Below are positions 36,946 through 51,800 of a stretch of DNA of 64,000 nucleotides, piece after piece (position 1 is the first letter of the stretch; each line of letters begins with the position of its first letter). The stretch covers positions 4,516,714 to 4,580,713 of the forward strand of contig CP154954.1 in assembly GCA_039621445.1 (NCBI GenBank), in the 5' to 3' direction. Position numbers and translations under genes: made by a program. A model generated the notes under the pieces. That model had not been told where the DNA came from. It worked only from the letters and a program-made list of their open reading frames with translations, and made no database searches. The stretch comes from Euglena gracilis (Eukaryota).

Positions 36946-39565
36946 CGGGGGCGGGACGGCTGCGGACCACGGGGGGCACGCAAATAAACACAGCGAGGTG
37001 AACCCCCAACAAATAAACAAAAAAATAAACAAATAAGTAAACAAATGAAGAAAGCGAGGAAAGCAGCCCACGAATGTCAGCAACCCCTGGCTGGACGATG
37101 GGAAGGAATTCTCATGAAAAGGACCGAAACCCGGCAGAAATCGGCGGATTACAAATGTCAGCAACCTGGAGTCAATGTTCGAAACCAAATAAAAGCAAGT
37201 TGTGGTTGCTTATATTTGGAGGACTGAGGAAGTCGCGTTGTGCTGTGCAACGGTCGGGCTGATTGTTGGGGGGGGGGGTCAATTGGGTGGTCAAATCGGC
37301 TCCTGAAAATAAATTCAATTTTTTCCCAATTTGAATGTTTTCAAAAGATTTTCGGCACGTCGATGCAAAACTTCGAGGAGAACAAGGGTCCTTGGTCGAA
37401 CCCACCCCACCGGGTACGGCACGATTTTTTGTACGAATTTGTCACGTTTTGATGAACCCATGAACGTTGGATAAACAAGCATCAGGAATTCCACGTTCTG
37501 GTGATGCCACTGCACTGCTTGTTTAAACCTTCGCAGATCCACAGCGCGCACGGTGTGGCATCCCATGGTGTGTTTTTCAGGTGCATTCTGCACAACACAG
37601 CTTACAACTGTTGGTGCTGTTCCTACAAAGGGTGCTTTGCGCCGAAAAAATTTTCGGTCCACGAACTTTATTTCAGCCGAACCCCCCCCCCCCGGGGTCC
37701 ACAGTCCAGCTGGGAGGTGTTGGCTGGGGAAAAAAGTGCTGGCTGGCTGGACCCCGGGGGGGGGGGGGGGGGTAGGATCCCCTTCGGTTTGAGATAACCC
37801 CTGGTCATGCAGCCGGAGAGACTTGAGAGCAAATGCAAACAAAAAACGTTGGAAGCGAGAATGGCAGCAAGAATGGAGGACGGGCGGTTCGGCTGCACAG
37901 CGCTTGCAAGCTCTGTACAAGTCTGCAGGTCTGGCACATATATACATTTGATGGAAATGAGGTGTTGGTTTGGTGAAGGTGAGCGAACGTTCCCTGTGAT
38001 GGATTTTGGGCCTAAGATGGGCATAAACAAGACCAGGCGTGAAGTATACGGAAAGCCAAATACCATTAGACAGGGCGTTCGGGGTTTATTCAAGGTTGCC
38101 CACCACACAAATTTTGCCCAAAATTTGGTGTGTTTCTGGCAAATTGCCCACGAACACCTGGGTGTCCTGGTTGGCCAGCCAGCCAGTGAGCACGGAATGT
38201 TCAAAGCCCCCCCTCCCCCCTGCGGTCCAAGGAAACGTCCACCACTGGCTTGTGGCACAAGAGGAAGGGCGATTGGGGCCTCGCGGGTGCTGCGTGGGGC
38301 ACCAGGCAGTGAGGGTGGGGCGGTGCCTGACCCATGGGGGGGGGGAGGGGAAGGAAATCATGGGGCTGGTTAACCTTGGGCTGGCTAACCCCCCAGGGTG
38401 GGGTACCCCAATTGAAACTGGGACAAGCTTGTGCCAAGTAAACCTTGGAATATGAAAATGTTAAAACAAAAAAACTACAAAAACCAGCAATTACTGCCTG
38501 AAAATGACTTCTCTGCCCCCCCCCAAAAAAACACGAGCTGGGGGTCCATTTTCAGTCCATTTTCAAGCGATCTTGGCCCGTGGCTCCCACCAAGGTAAGG
38601 AGTCTGCTACCATCCAGCTGCCCTTCTGGCGGCTGGACAGGAATCAAATTCCGTTGACAGGAGGGAGGTTGGGGGTCCAGGGCTGGAGAAAGGCAGCAAC
38701 CTCCCGGGGAGGATCCCCTCCTGCTCACGCGACGCCCTGATTGGGGAGCACAGAGCGGCAGCAGGTGGGTCACCCAAAGGGCAGGTCAACTCACAGCAGG
38801 CAAGGATGGCACCGTGATCAACTGTCCTGCAAACACTGGGCAGCGAATACGGTTGGTGGTTGCATGACGAGAGAATGAACCGTTGTCTGTTGATGTGTAG
38901 TGCTAAAAAAAACAACAACAACCCACCTTGTGCCAATTGGAGGGTCGGAAACCGTCACCGCCTTGTTGCCAGCCAGGAGGGATGCTGCAGCCATCAGGGG
39001 CCGAACTGGGGTGGGAGACAACACCTGCCCAACAACCCGCAGTATTTTTTTGTCTGTTTGTGTGTGTGATAGCCACAATGTCGAAATCAACAATTTCCAA
39101 AAAAAATCGCTTTAGCCACCAGGTTTTTTTTTTTTGCAGGTCTGCCTCTTAATGAATTAATGAAGAAGGCTGGCAACGCAATTTTTTCCGACTCCCGGGG
39201 GGAGGGGTCGCTTGAACTCACCCCAAACCAGCTCTGCTCCTCGGGGGGGGGGGGCATTGGCCGCTGGATCCAAAGGAAAATTGACAACAAACTGAAAAAA
39301 ACGCCAAAGAAATTTCCCAATGTCTTTATACACAAACCCCCCCAAATACAAAACCCCCAAATAGAAAACCACCCTGGAGTGGAGGCTTTAAACCCCTCCA
39401 GTGCTGGGACAGCGGTACGAGACGGGAAAGTCTCCGAAAACCTGCGATTTTACAACAATTTTAGGCCATGAAGTTGAGAGCTTGGGTCCAAAAAAAAATG
39501 GTCACCAGATAACATTTTGCTTAAAAATGAAGAATTTTGGGCAAAATGAGGGGAATTGAGGGGAC

Positions 39566-39855
39566 CATGCTTGTGCTTACCAACCGGGGGGGGGGGTGCT
39601 ATAGGGTGCCTGCCCCAACCAGGCACCCCCCCCCGGGGGATAGGGGTCCGGGGGGGACCCAGAAAAAATTCATTGAAATGGCCTTTTCTGGGCCCCCGGT
39701 GCCTTTGGCGCCGGGGTCGGAGGGGGGTGCCTGCTAGGGGCAGGCACCCCCCAAAACCCTACCCCCCCCCCCGGGGGGGTCGGATCAGGTGCTATGGGGT
39801 GCCTGCCCCTAGCACCCCCCCGCGTGGGGTAGGCACCCGACTAAGCACAAGCCTG
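39566..39855. mobile_element. hAT-like MITE, family E
   Basis: Ends CATGCTTGTGCTTA / TAAGCACAAGCCTG; TSD GAGGGGAC 8/8. Confidence 0.9.
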
Positions 39856-42020
39856 GAGGGGACCACATTTTAGAATTTTTGACCACAAAATGTGAAAAAA
39901 ATCGCCTTTTCGTATTTTTGGGTCAGTGGGGGGTTGAAAAATGCATCTGACCCAGACTCACCCGGAAACCGTCACCAAAGCCCTGTACTTGCTGACCAGT
40001 CACTATAGGGACCTCCGACCTCTGTGCTCGCTGACTTGTCAGGTGACAGTTTCCCGGGGGGGGGGGGGGGGGTAATCAGCCTTTTCACAAATCACTCTCA
40101 GGGCCACCCTCAAACAATCACTCCCCAAATATATCCCCCAGTTTTGTATTTGGACAGGATTTCAAGCCTCAGGGCAAGTCTTCCGATGCTGGACCCCACC
40201 CTACCCCCGGCGGGTCCAGACAGCCAGCACTTCTTTCCAGCCAGCAGCTCCCAACCAGCAGGCTGGGGCCACCCTCAAGCGGCAATAACGGTTTCCAGCC
40301 CGAAAAAAAAAATTTCGCGCAAAACGCCGGAAACTTTGTTTAAAAGGGGTCAAAAAAATAGCCAAAAATAGCCTTTTCTGGTAGTTTTTTTGGGGGGGGC
40401 TTTCACCTCAAATTTTGGGCTGAAAAAAGCCAAGCCAGCTGGATCTGAAGGCTTTCTTTGCCTGTTGTCGGGTGCCGGGTGCAGCCTGGCATCTAGTCGG
40501 ACCCACCCCCCCCGGACCCTCCACCCCCAGAGGGGCCCATCCAACACCTTTTTCCAGCTTCTGGGCTGGCCCCCGGGATCCTCAAAAAAGTCCCTGCCTC
40601 AGGGAGGTGTGGTTTTATTTTGGGGAGGGGGGTTGGATTGGGCGGGAAAATCGAATTTCCATGACCAAACATTTTTTTCCAAAAAAATGCATTTTCAGTG
40701 AGAAAGATCGTTGAGATAAATCTGTCAGGTGACAGGTCAGCGAGTACAGAGGTAGGTGACAGGTCTCCATGGTGACATGGTGACAGGTCAGTGAGTACAG
40801 GGCTCAGGTGACAGTTTCCAGGGGGGGGGGGAGGTATGTGCAGGTTACTGAATGTCAAAAACCTGGCACCCGGGAGAAGGTTCACTGTAACCCCAGGTGG
40901 GGTGAAGCTTCGGTCACCCACCCCTTGGGGTCACCCACCAATCGCCATGCATCACGCTGCATCGCGATTGGTGGGGGTGAGTTGGGCCGAAAGCAAACCC
41001 TCTCAAGAGCGTTTCACCACCTGCCCACCACGGTGAAAACTCAACTCTGGATATCAGTGCGTCCTATGCAGCAAAAATGTGCAATAGGCCAACACCCGTG
41101 GCTTCGGCCGAAAACTGAGCTCTTGTGTGCAGAATTTCAGGCTAGAGTGGCCATCATGGGTGGACTGGAGAGGATGGGAATGGCTTATTAGAGAGAGAGG
41201 CGGACGGGGGCGTCAACACCAAATGATGAGCTCGGGCGACTCAGCGCTGACGGCAGACCAGCTGCCAGATGACAGGAGATGACTGAAAGACAGGAGGGGG
41301 GGGGGTTGGAAAACTTGGATGGCCCTGTCGGGCATGGCAACAAACACAGTCTGGCTTCCCACGGTTCAGATACAGCCGATGCGCGCAGCCAAAGTTCGGC
41401 ACAACAATGCTCAAATGGACGTGCAGCAGCCACCTACAAAAAGGAAATTTTATTGAATGGCAGCGAAGGACACCTACATCAAGTAGCACAAAATGGCTCC
41501 TTAAAGAGCCTTGTCTGCGGGGGTGGAGTTTCTGAGACCGCCCGATTTCTTTCACTCTTCAGATGCTTAAAGAAAAGCCTTGAAGCATTGAAAACATGGC
41601 ACTTTAATCCCCCCCAACATACATCCTCCCCAATTTTTTCACATTTGTGCATTCTTTGTGCATGCGTTTTTTTGCAACGTGACATTTTCCTCAAATTCCC
41701 ATTTGACTTTTTTAAAAAGTGCGTCATTTTTGCATTTTTGGTATTTTTTGCACTTCCAGGATTCTTGCTCCTTTTCTCCCAGATATTGCACATTTCTGTG
41801 AATTTTAAAAGGGGGTTATGTCTCCCAATATTTGTGGATATTGGCAGCCTCCCTTTCCATAACCAGAGGGAATGCACCAGCCTGGCTGAGAAAAAAAAAA
41901 TGCGCAAAAAAGAGCGCATTTTCACTCTCAAAAAAATCTAGCAAAAAATGCACAAAAAATCGATAAGCATTCCCCCCCATGCCATAATCCACACTGGCGC
42001 ACACCACCTCTTTTCCAAAC

Positions 42021-42502
42021 CATACATCTCTTTAAGGACCCCCGGGGGGGGGGGGGTTGCTGGGCTAGGGCTAGAAATTTGGGCTGGCTAGAAATTTGGG
42101 CTGGCTAGCCCGCCCCCCCCCGGGGGGGGGGGGGGGGGGCTGGACCCCGGTTTGACCCGAGCCGGGGCGAGCTGGACTGAAATCGGAAAAATGCCCAAAA
42201 ATGACCTGCAAAACACAGTTTTGAAAAAATGACGCATCTGAAACCCCCCAAAAATGCCCCAAACGGCCCCCAAACCCCATTTTTGGCCACTTTTGAACAC
42301 AGTTTTTCAAAAAATTTCGGCGCTTTGCGCCGAAAAATTTTGGGCTGGACCCCCAAAAAGGGGCTGGCTAGCTAGGGCTAGCAGCACCCCCCCCCCCCCG
42401 GGGGAGGGGGCTGCTGCGGCTGGGCTGGGCCCAAACCGGGGGTGGCTGGCACCGCCCCCCCCCGGGGGGGGGGGGGGTCGCAAAACCTTAGAGAGATGTA
42501 TG
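42021..42502. mobile_element. hAT-like MITE, family B (opposite orientation to 6712-7189)
   Basis: CATACATCTCTTTAAGG / CCTTAGAGAGATGTATG; TSD TTCCAAAC / TCCCAAAC 7/8. Confidence 0.9.
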
Positions 42503-42855
42503 TCCCAAACCCTCATCTGATGCATCCCTATTTGTCTTCTGTCTGCAAATGTCCACTCGAATTCTTATCTGTGCCAGTCTGAATTATGGCGATCATCCGC
42601 ACAAACACAAATGCATCCTTGCGCCTCCACCCCCAAAAATCCACAAAGACATCCGGTGAAGGGGCAACCCCCTTGGGTTCCCGGGCCTGGCAACAGCCTG
42701 GTCGCCACTGGTGCGCACAAAGCAGCCGGCCCCTCTGTCGGGGGTCTGCAGGAGCACCCCGCCTTCCACGGGCACCGGTGTGACGGCCGTGAGGAGGGGG
42801 CCAGCCGCAGCGTCCACCAGAGAACGGATGGGGCTGACATTTGAGATTTGGGAGC

Positions 42856-43300
42856 CACACACACGCGCACGCACACCCCCAACATACACACACACACACA
42901 CACGCACACACACACACAAAACAAAACCACACACACACACGCACACACACACACACACACTCACCCCACTCACACACACCACACACACCACACACACACA
43001 CACACAACACACACACACACTCCACACACACAACACACACAACACACACACAACACACAACACACACGCACAACACGTACACAACACACAACGCACAACA
43101 CACACACAACACACAACACACACACACAAAACACGCACAACACGTACACAACACACAACACACACACACACACACACCGTACACAAAACACACACACACC
43201 CACACAACACACACCCAACACACACACAACACGCACACACAACACACAACACGCACACAAGACAAACAACACACAACGCACACACACACACACACACACA

Positions 43301-43333
<33 letters not shown>
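42856..43333. repeat. Degenerate (CA)n tract followed by (GA)n
   Basis: Direct reading. Confidence 0.97.
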
Positions 43334-43337
<4 letters not shown>

Positions 43338-44449
43338 TATTATGTAGATTATATATATATATTATTTCAAACTAAAAAGTGACTCTCTTAAATTGGAAAG
43401 TCTTCCCACATATCAAAAATCTGCTTGCGGGTGGGGGCTGACCCTTTGCGATCGGGATGGCAGCGTTGCCCTCAGGGGTCATGGTTTGACAGTCTTGCAC
43501 ACCTACAGCCATTGACCTAAATGGAGAATCAGTTGTGAATCACAGAATCGTACCCCTGGGACAAAAGGTTCGGGAAACTTTGGCCGACAGGACGTCGCAA
43601 GTCAGGCGCAAACGTCGAAACCAAAAGTGGAATTGTTTGGCCGTTGGAAGGGAAGACTCCTGTCCATCGTGATGCGGAACGTCGGCGTCGGAAGGGTCCT
43701 CTTCCTTTGGGACTTGTTTGCGGGCACTCTCTTATCCAGACCCAAGAATGATTTTTTTTCTTGGACATTCTTCTGGTCATCAAATATAATTCTGGACATC
43801 AAATATGCGACCCAAAAGCAGACTGCCATCTCCCCCAGCCAAGAGCAATGTGCGGCTGTATTTTCTGCGGCAACCCCCTACTCGACTGTTGGGCAATATG
43901 GCTGCGTCAAATGAGCCGAGGGAGGTTGATTCATTGGTTCCTTCACTCATAGCTATACTCCCCCCCCCGGAAAACTGTCACCTGACAGGTCGAGGGTGTA
44001 CGGGAAAACCTGAGGGGGGTCCACCCCCACAACACCAACCATGGCACTTGGGGACATTGATTCTGCGGAAGAGGCTGAAGAGGAAAATTCTGACTGAAAA
44101 AGGGGTCGGACCTCTGGATATGACTTGTCAACTGTCACGTTTTTTTGGGTCAGCACCAGCCTGGTTGCAGTCTTCCCAGGGTGGGGCTGTGCTGGAAACC
44201 TGGAAGCCCTGTGGGTGGTGGGCCGGGGGTCGACCCCTCTCCCCATCTAATCCTTCCAGGGGGGCCCCTGAAAAGCAAATCGCATCCAGCAGCCCCTCAG
44301 CTTGACCACCGCGAAACCACAGCATGGCAAACTTGTCAGGGTAATGAAAAGCCATCGGCGGGCAAAAAAAAACCAAAATATTCGAAAAAAATAATTAATT
44401 AACATAAAAAATATTGCGTACAAAAAAATGGAAAAAAAAGTAGTTCCCA

Positions 44450-47400
44450 GAGGCAGCCCGGCCGGTCCACCCGCTGCCGCACCTTGGAGAACAGGCGGGC
44501 CGTGAAACCGGCCGGCCTCCGCGGCTCGGCCGGGGCGGGGTCCGGCAGCAGCCGGGCGGCGCCCCGGCCGGTCCCGGGGCTCTGTGGCAGGCCTGCGATG
44601 ATGGGCCGGTGGGGCCAGGCTTCTGTCTAAGTCCCGTGTGGGGAGGGGGGAGGGGGTTTTTTTTAAGACCCCGGGGGGGTCCCGGGGAACCCACTCACTT
44701 CACGGCCCGAAGGCGCCAAAGTTTTGTTGAAAACGGTGCTATTTTTAGCACTTTTTCATGAAAGAGTGCTAAAAATAGCACCTTTTTCAAAAAAAATTGG
44801 CACCTTCGGGCGGGACCAACACACCCTACCCCCCCCCCCAGGGTCCAAGACTAAAACCACCCACCCACCCAGCCAGCCTGGTCCGGGGCAGGACCACCAG
44901 GGAGACCCACCCGCCCAAAAGGGGGGTCTTCCGAGGTACAAAGAAGCCTGGGTGTGGGGGGGTGCGGACGGCGCGGGGGTCACTGCCTGGGTGGAGGTCG
45001 CGGACCAAACCCACCCAGTGGATCATGCAGAGTGTTTGGAGAACGCCAAGGGGCACACTTGAGGGACACCTCCCACGTCCACCACCGAACCCCGGTTTGA
45101 GCTGGAAAGCAAGGACGTGATTTGGCACTCTACTCCATCGTCCACAGCAAGAGCAACAGAGTATACAACTTTGGAAAAATTCGGATTCTCACGAAGCCTT
45201 CCTAATGAACCCTACTGAGTACAGATGACGGTCACGTTCAGATAACAATAAACCCCCCAAATATAACCCCCCCAAATATAAAACCCCCCTGAGGACCTTG
45301 AAATCTCGCCCAAATATAAAAATCCCCCTCCGGCGCGCAGCGCCGGAAGGAAAAAAATTCGAAAAAATCTCTCCTGAAATTGTGATTTATGTCAGATTTG
45401 GGAACAATTTTTCACCAAAAGCATGTGAAGGTTGCTCCTTCGCCCGAAAAGTGAAATGTTTGGACCCCCGGTGGGTGTATTAGTGATTTTGGACCGAAAA
45501 AGTGACTACTGGATCCCGCCGGGAAGTTGAATTTTCCGACCGAATATAAACCCCCCAAATAGAAAACCCCCCTGGGGATCTTGAAATTTCCGCCCGAATG
45601 TAAAACCGGGGGGTTATATTTGGGGGGGGGGGTTACTTTCCTCCGCGGCAAATTCTTCCACCATCAGGAGAAAAACGTATTGCACAAAATCAGTTGGTAG
45701 GGGTGAAAATCAAACATTTGGTGCCAGTAAATTGGCACCTCGGACCATTTTGGGGGGGGGTCAAACATTTTTTTCCCACACACGAGGGAAACGTGTGAAC
45801 GGGACACAAATCTGCCATAAACTGTGACAAGGTCAGACAAATGAGCAGTGAATTAATAAACTGGCACGAATGGAACTGATGCGGCTCCTTCTTCACCCAG
45901 ACCAAATAGCGTCCGGGTGGCCCACACTCCAGACTCCAGAGCTTCCTGCGAGAGCCGCAGCCGGCTGGGCAGCGCGGCCGACGCGGCTGCGCTGGGGCCG
46001 GCGGGAAATGGGTGGGCGGGAGACCGCCGTCGGTGCAGGGAGGGCGAGAGGAGGGCAGGGGACTGAGGCCAGAACCTGCCTTTGGCAAAGAGTTCTTCCA
46101 TACCAGGGATGGGGAATGTAGATAGACAGACAGAAATCACAGACTGCAAACGCACATGATGTGAGGTTTGCATGCACGGGTGTATGTGCTTGCGGATGCA
46201 TGTGCACATATTTGGATATACGTGTCAGAACCTGAGGTGTGCTGGCACTTCAATGTGGCGTATGCATACCAAATGAAAACTCAGTGACAAATACACAGAC
46301 AATAATTCCCCCGATGCCCAAAACTACGACGAGAGAACACTTGCATTTGTAAATTAAATTGACCTTTGCAATACGACGGACTCAAAAACGTTCCGTGGGG
46401 GAATGCTGCATGATTATTCAGAAGCAGCTTGGCAGGTTTGAACTGAAAGGAAGGGAGAAATGCTGTCATCGACGCAAGGCAAAGGTCCTGGGCGAGAGTC
46501 CGTGTGCGAGAGCCTCGAAAGGGTGTCGCAGTTGTCCAGACGGGGAGTTTGAGCTGGGGATTCGGTTGGGGTCTGGGACTTCAGTTGTGACACCCGCCTC
46601 TCCACCATAGATCCACTTGGGGGCCCCTGGGGGCACTTTTTCCCGACCCAAACCCACCCACTTTTTGGAAACCCCACCCACCCCCAACCCCCCCCCCCCC
46701 CGGGTCAACCACCCACCCACCCACCCACCCAAAACCTGGCCAAAATCGGCCGAAAACGCTGAATTTTGCTAGTTTTATGATATCCGCATGTTTTTCACAC
46801 CCGTAGACACTAATCCGGCCGGCACACTCGAATAACTATCCCAGAGAACGTAATGGGAACCCCCGATGGGTTCCAGTTTCAGGGCCATATGACCCTTTCC
46901 CTTGGGTCCGAGTGGGCAGGCCTTTGGGTACCCACATTTGGGGTCCCAGAGGACCCATCCAGATTCTTTCAAATTTTGCTAGTTTTATGAAAATTACGCC
47001 GCTGCGTTCAAACAGGTGTTAAATGAATCTATGCCCTCCACTGCCTCTGTGGAAACTTTAGGGACGGGGCTGAACTCGCATCTCTTGAGGTGCGATGAGC
47101 ACCTCGGACACGAAGAAGGAATAAAGTGACGATCCTGTGCGCTGGGTTTGAAAACAAAAACCTCTGAAGGAACGGGAAATGGTTTGAAAATCATCTGACG
47201 CATATCAGCCAGCGGCACGTAACATCCTGTGGGGAAGTCCACAAACATGAGCATAAAATCAAAAAATACAAAGCCTTGGGGAACTGGGTTTTGCAACACC
47301 TTCATTGGGTGGCAGTTAGACATCTGCCTTTGGAGGCTCACCCCCAAACGGACCAAACAAAAACATGCGACCAGTTGCATGTGCATCATGTATGAGAGTT

Positions 47401-48710
47401 CAAGCGGCCCACGCGCAACCGACCAGCTCCTGCATTGTGACGTTGGCGGGAACATACGCATTGCTCACCGAGCCCGGTTGGGGCCGCCAGTCAACAATCT
47501 CGGGAAGGTCGGTCACTTTGGGCCTCCCCAGGCTGAATTCAACCAACCCCTGGTGGGTCTGAGAGTGCCGTGGAGTGCCTGGTCGTGGGCAGAGTTTCAA
47601 CCAAAAAGAGCCATTGCTGAAATTCCGGCGCCTTCGGAGAGCGCCCGGGGGCTTTTGCCAGAGTGTCCCACCCACCACTCAACAGCCACCGCCTCAAGTA
47701 AGCCCCCCCCCCCCTGGTGGGTTAGCCACTCCCTAAACTTCAGCCTGTCGATGTGGTCACCACTGCCACCCGGGGGAACGACCCCCCCCCAAAGGGCTCA
47801 CCCAGGGAGAGACTTCAAGAAATGGAGGTTGTTGCCATTGCATAGAGAGAGCCACAGGCTGAGCAACAGGACGGTTGGGAGTGAAAATGAACTGCGGCCG
47901 GGCAGCTGGCGGATTCGTCTGCTGGGGTTCGGCCAAGACTTGCACACTGCAGGCTGAGAGGAGTCCAGCCATGAAAGTGCGGCATGAAAGCGTATTGAAA
48001 TGGAATCATGAGGAGATCCATGTAAGTACCTCTGCGCCGGCAAGCACGCCAATATTGACTGGCCAAATGTCCACAGTGGCAGGGATACAGTGATACTATT
48101 TGCACACCATCATTTGGCGCCGTTTAAAACTCAAGGCTTTTTGGCACGGTGTACCTTGACCCCTCACCGTCAACTATTCAATCCAAATTGCGGCGTTCAG
48201 CGGGCCACTTTGGGGGGAAAGCCCCGGCCAAATCGATGCAGCCGCCATTGCCGAAGCGCTTGGCGGTACTCAGTGTGCCTCTCCCGGTACAGTGCCCGAA
48301 CAGTTCCCTCTTTCAACTCGGCTGCAGGACACCGCTGGGGGGAGGGGGGAGTCTCCAAAAGTGGTGATGGTTTGGTAAGAGCGAAACTCAAAAACTCAAA
48401 CTCTGGAATTGAAACTCAAAATTATTCCATTTATTTATTTGTCCCTTTTATTTTGTCCTTTGGCACAACCCAGTCAACCAGCTCAACCAGAGACAAAATA
48501 AACTATTAATATCATATCATTTATATGTACACGTATAGTATGAATATATTTATGTTCATTTTATTTATATATTTATTTGAACTAATAATATCATATATAT
48601 ACATATATACATACATACATGTATATATCGCAATAATATGGTGGCGTTCCCAATGTGCCCATTCCCCCCTTTCGTGTGTGCGTGCGTGTGTGCGTGCGTG
48701 CGTGCGTGTG

Positions 48711-48781
<71 letters not shown>

Positions 48782-48782
48782 A

Positions 48783-48834
<52 letters not shown>

Positions 48835-51800
48835 TGTGTGTGTGTGTGTGTGTATACATACGTGTGTGTGTATATATATACACACACATACATGTATATA
48901 TACATATATATGTATATTGCAACAAGATGGTGGTGTTTCCAATCCAGCAGTTGCCTGGCCGTCGGGGACAATGGAAGGACGCAGCTAGGTTGCTTCTTCC
49001 GAACAACAGCCCCAAAAACATGCGCAAGGATGGGGGACAAAGCGACACAAAAGAATTAAAAAAGGCAAAAAAGAAATGCTACTGGGACACTCAATTGGAC
49101 GTATATTGGGACAGGAATATACAAACATATATGCACGCATATATAAGGGGTTTTGAAACACAATTCTCGACAGTTCTCATTTTTTTCCAGTTTTTTTTGG
49201 GATATTTTTGGAAGGGGTTTCAAATTTTGGAGAAGGGGCTTTTAAGGGGTTTATGCCCCAGCTTTCTCGGATTTTCAACAAATGTCCGTGACTTTTTGGT
49301 GGCGTACCAATTCAAAAAAAAATGTTATTTGTTAATCAAAACAGAAAAAAATGCGAAGATCTTCCACAAGGAAAAACAAAGGTGAAAAGGAGATTCTTAT
49401 GTCCAAATCATTTCATTTGCAAGAACTTGAAAAAATCCAGAGGGAAAACAACAAAAGACCAAAACAGGCAAAAAAAATGCAAAAAAAATGTGTCCATGCC
49501 GCATCTGTGTATTGCCGCATTCACAGTGTGAAAAAAATGCTCACCTCTGAGAGGCCGAAAGAAGCTTTTTTTTCCTCATAAAAGCACAACCTCGTTCCCA
49601 TTAAGGTGTGCCTTTGTCAACGCATGGTTATCCAAAGAAAGCCAATGTACACAGTGCACAGGGCTGCTAAAAAAAAAGCATGCAGCCCAGACGAAACGCC
49701 ATACGACGCCGCTGGCTCGTCTTGACAGGGGACAGCCCCGCCTCTCGAATCTGAGCTTCGCGGATCCGCCAGCTGTCCAACACGGCGGCGATGCGATGAT
49801 TCTTCGCCCTCAGGTACGAGTTTGCCGGCAACGTCCTGCTCCCTTCATTGGCACAAGCGGGCAGCATTCAGCCCAACCCGTCGGTATTGTGTCCACGTTG
49901 CATCAATTCCTCAGGGGAGTTGGGATGAATGACTCCGTATATGAAATTTGGGGATCCCGAAACCACGGCTGAAAGCTCACAATCCTTTGCCGAATCTGGG
50001 GACTTGGTGCCCCCCTGCCCAGAGTCGGCAGCATATTCGTGAAGGAGCTCCATCAGAAGAGATGTGGTGCAGGTGCTGTGCATCAGTGGCAGGCCGACTC
50101 CTGGGGGAAAAAAAACCAAAAAGAGTGAGTTGGGGGTGAGAATTGTTTCAGCAGTCAAAAAACTCAAATTGCAAAAAATTGCTTGTGCCCATGCAGTCAC
50201 GATATGCTTTCGTCAACTGGCATCGCTGAAGCAGTCTATGTTTGTTCATCTTTTCATTGTGAACGCTCCTTTCTGTCGTCCTCCCATTGCGCTTTGATTC
50301 CTTTCAATGTGAACTTTCAGGCAGTTGGCACTTTGGAGAGGGGTAGGCATTCATTGTTTGTTGTGTTTCTTTTCGGAGGGGGGTCGGAATAAATGGAGGG
50401 GAAGTTCAACTGCCATCTTCTGCCGAAAATGAGGGTGCTACGCCGCTGACGAGCCATCACATTGCACAATGACCCCCTAAAGAAGAAGGAAAAGAAGGGA
50501 AGTTGCTGTTTGAGGCGCCAAACCCTCACAAATTTGATTCCCTCCAGAAAAAAAAGGCACCAGAGCGTGCATCACCAGGGCCAATAACATGAATGATGCA
50601 CAAGATACGCTGCTCTTCTTTTACAACAACGCATGCAACAACACATTATCGCTTTTCTTTTGAAAAATGCTCGTGGTGGCCAGGAAAAATATCCTATGCT
50701 GGTGCTGGTGGGCACGGTTTTGAATGTTGAGAGGTTGCCAACTGTTTTTGTCAGTTTGGGAGATTTAATTCAAGATGATTGGCTGGCAGCTTCCCCATTG
50801 GCAAGCAAATTTATCCAAGCGTTGGCAGCATTTCACCCACCAGGGAATTCTTCTGGAAGTTTTTGTTCCAGCCCCTATCCTAAAATTAGGCAACCAGGAT
50901 TTTTCTTAAGGACCCGGGGGTGCCCGCCCTAGAGGACCTTAGTGGGGGGGTCCAGGACCTCTTTCCCAACCAGCAGACACCAGCCAGGCTGTAGAACCCA
51001 CCCGCGGGTTCGGGCCCGATGAAGCTGGCCTGTGTCAAAAAAATTTCACCACTGTCAAATTTTCACGGTCAAATTTTCACGGCTTTTAGCGCAAGGCGGT
51101 GAAGATCTTGACGGCAAAAAAAAATTGGATTTTTGACAGGTTTGACGAATTTAACCAAATACTGAAATTTGGGGTTCGTTTGAGTTTGGGGTTCTTGCAG
51201 ATCGATAAATGGTCACTTAAAGTGCTTATCTGTTTCACCAAAAGATCAAAACATGGTGGCAACACATTTTTGGGAGTCAAAATGTGTGCCTTCACATTTG
51301 CATTAAGAAAAAGAGTAAAAACTGTAGACATAGAGTGTTATTGGTTACAAAAAGCAGCTGCCAGTTGGTATTTTTGGCTACTTGTTCCCTTCATTCTACT
51401 TGCAGTTTAAAGAGGTTGCTTGAATTTGCATTTTGGACAGGTCCCATTCCGCAATTCAGCAAATTGAACAGGTGAGGGATTCAGCTAACAGCATGTGGCG
51501 AATTAGTTATAGGCCGCAGGAGTATCAGCACACATCGAACCTTGGGCAGCAACCCCCTGCTCCCCTCTCGCCCCACGATTTGTGGCACTTACCACCAAAT
51601 TAGCCGTAAGCCACTGCGCAAATGGCGCTGAGTACTTCACTTCTGGTTCTGTGGCTTATGGATCCATGCCCTGCCATTCATAAAACCTCCATTCACACGG
51701 CCGACGGCACGGCGGGAGGAGGGCGTCGGACACGTGCTTCCGCAGCACCGCGAGGGCTCGGCAGTACCGCCGGGCCCGCTTGGCCAGCGCGAAGCGCCTA

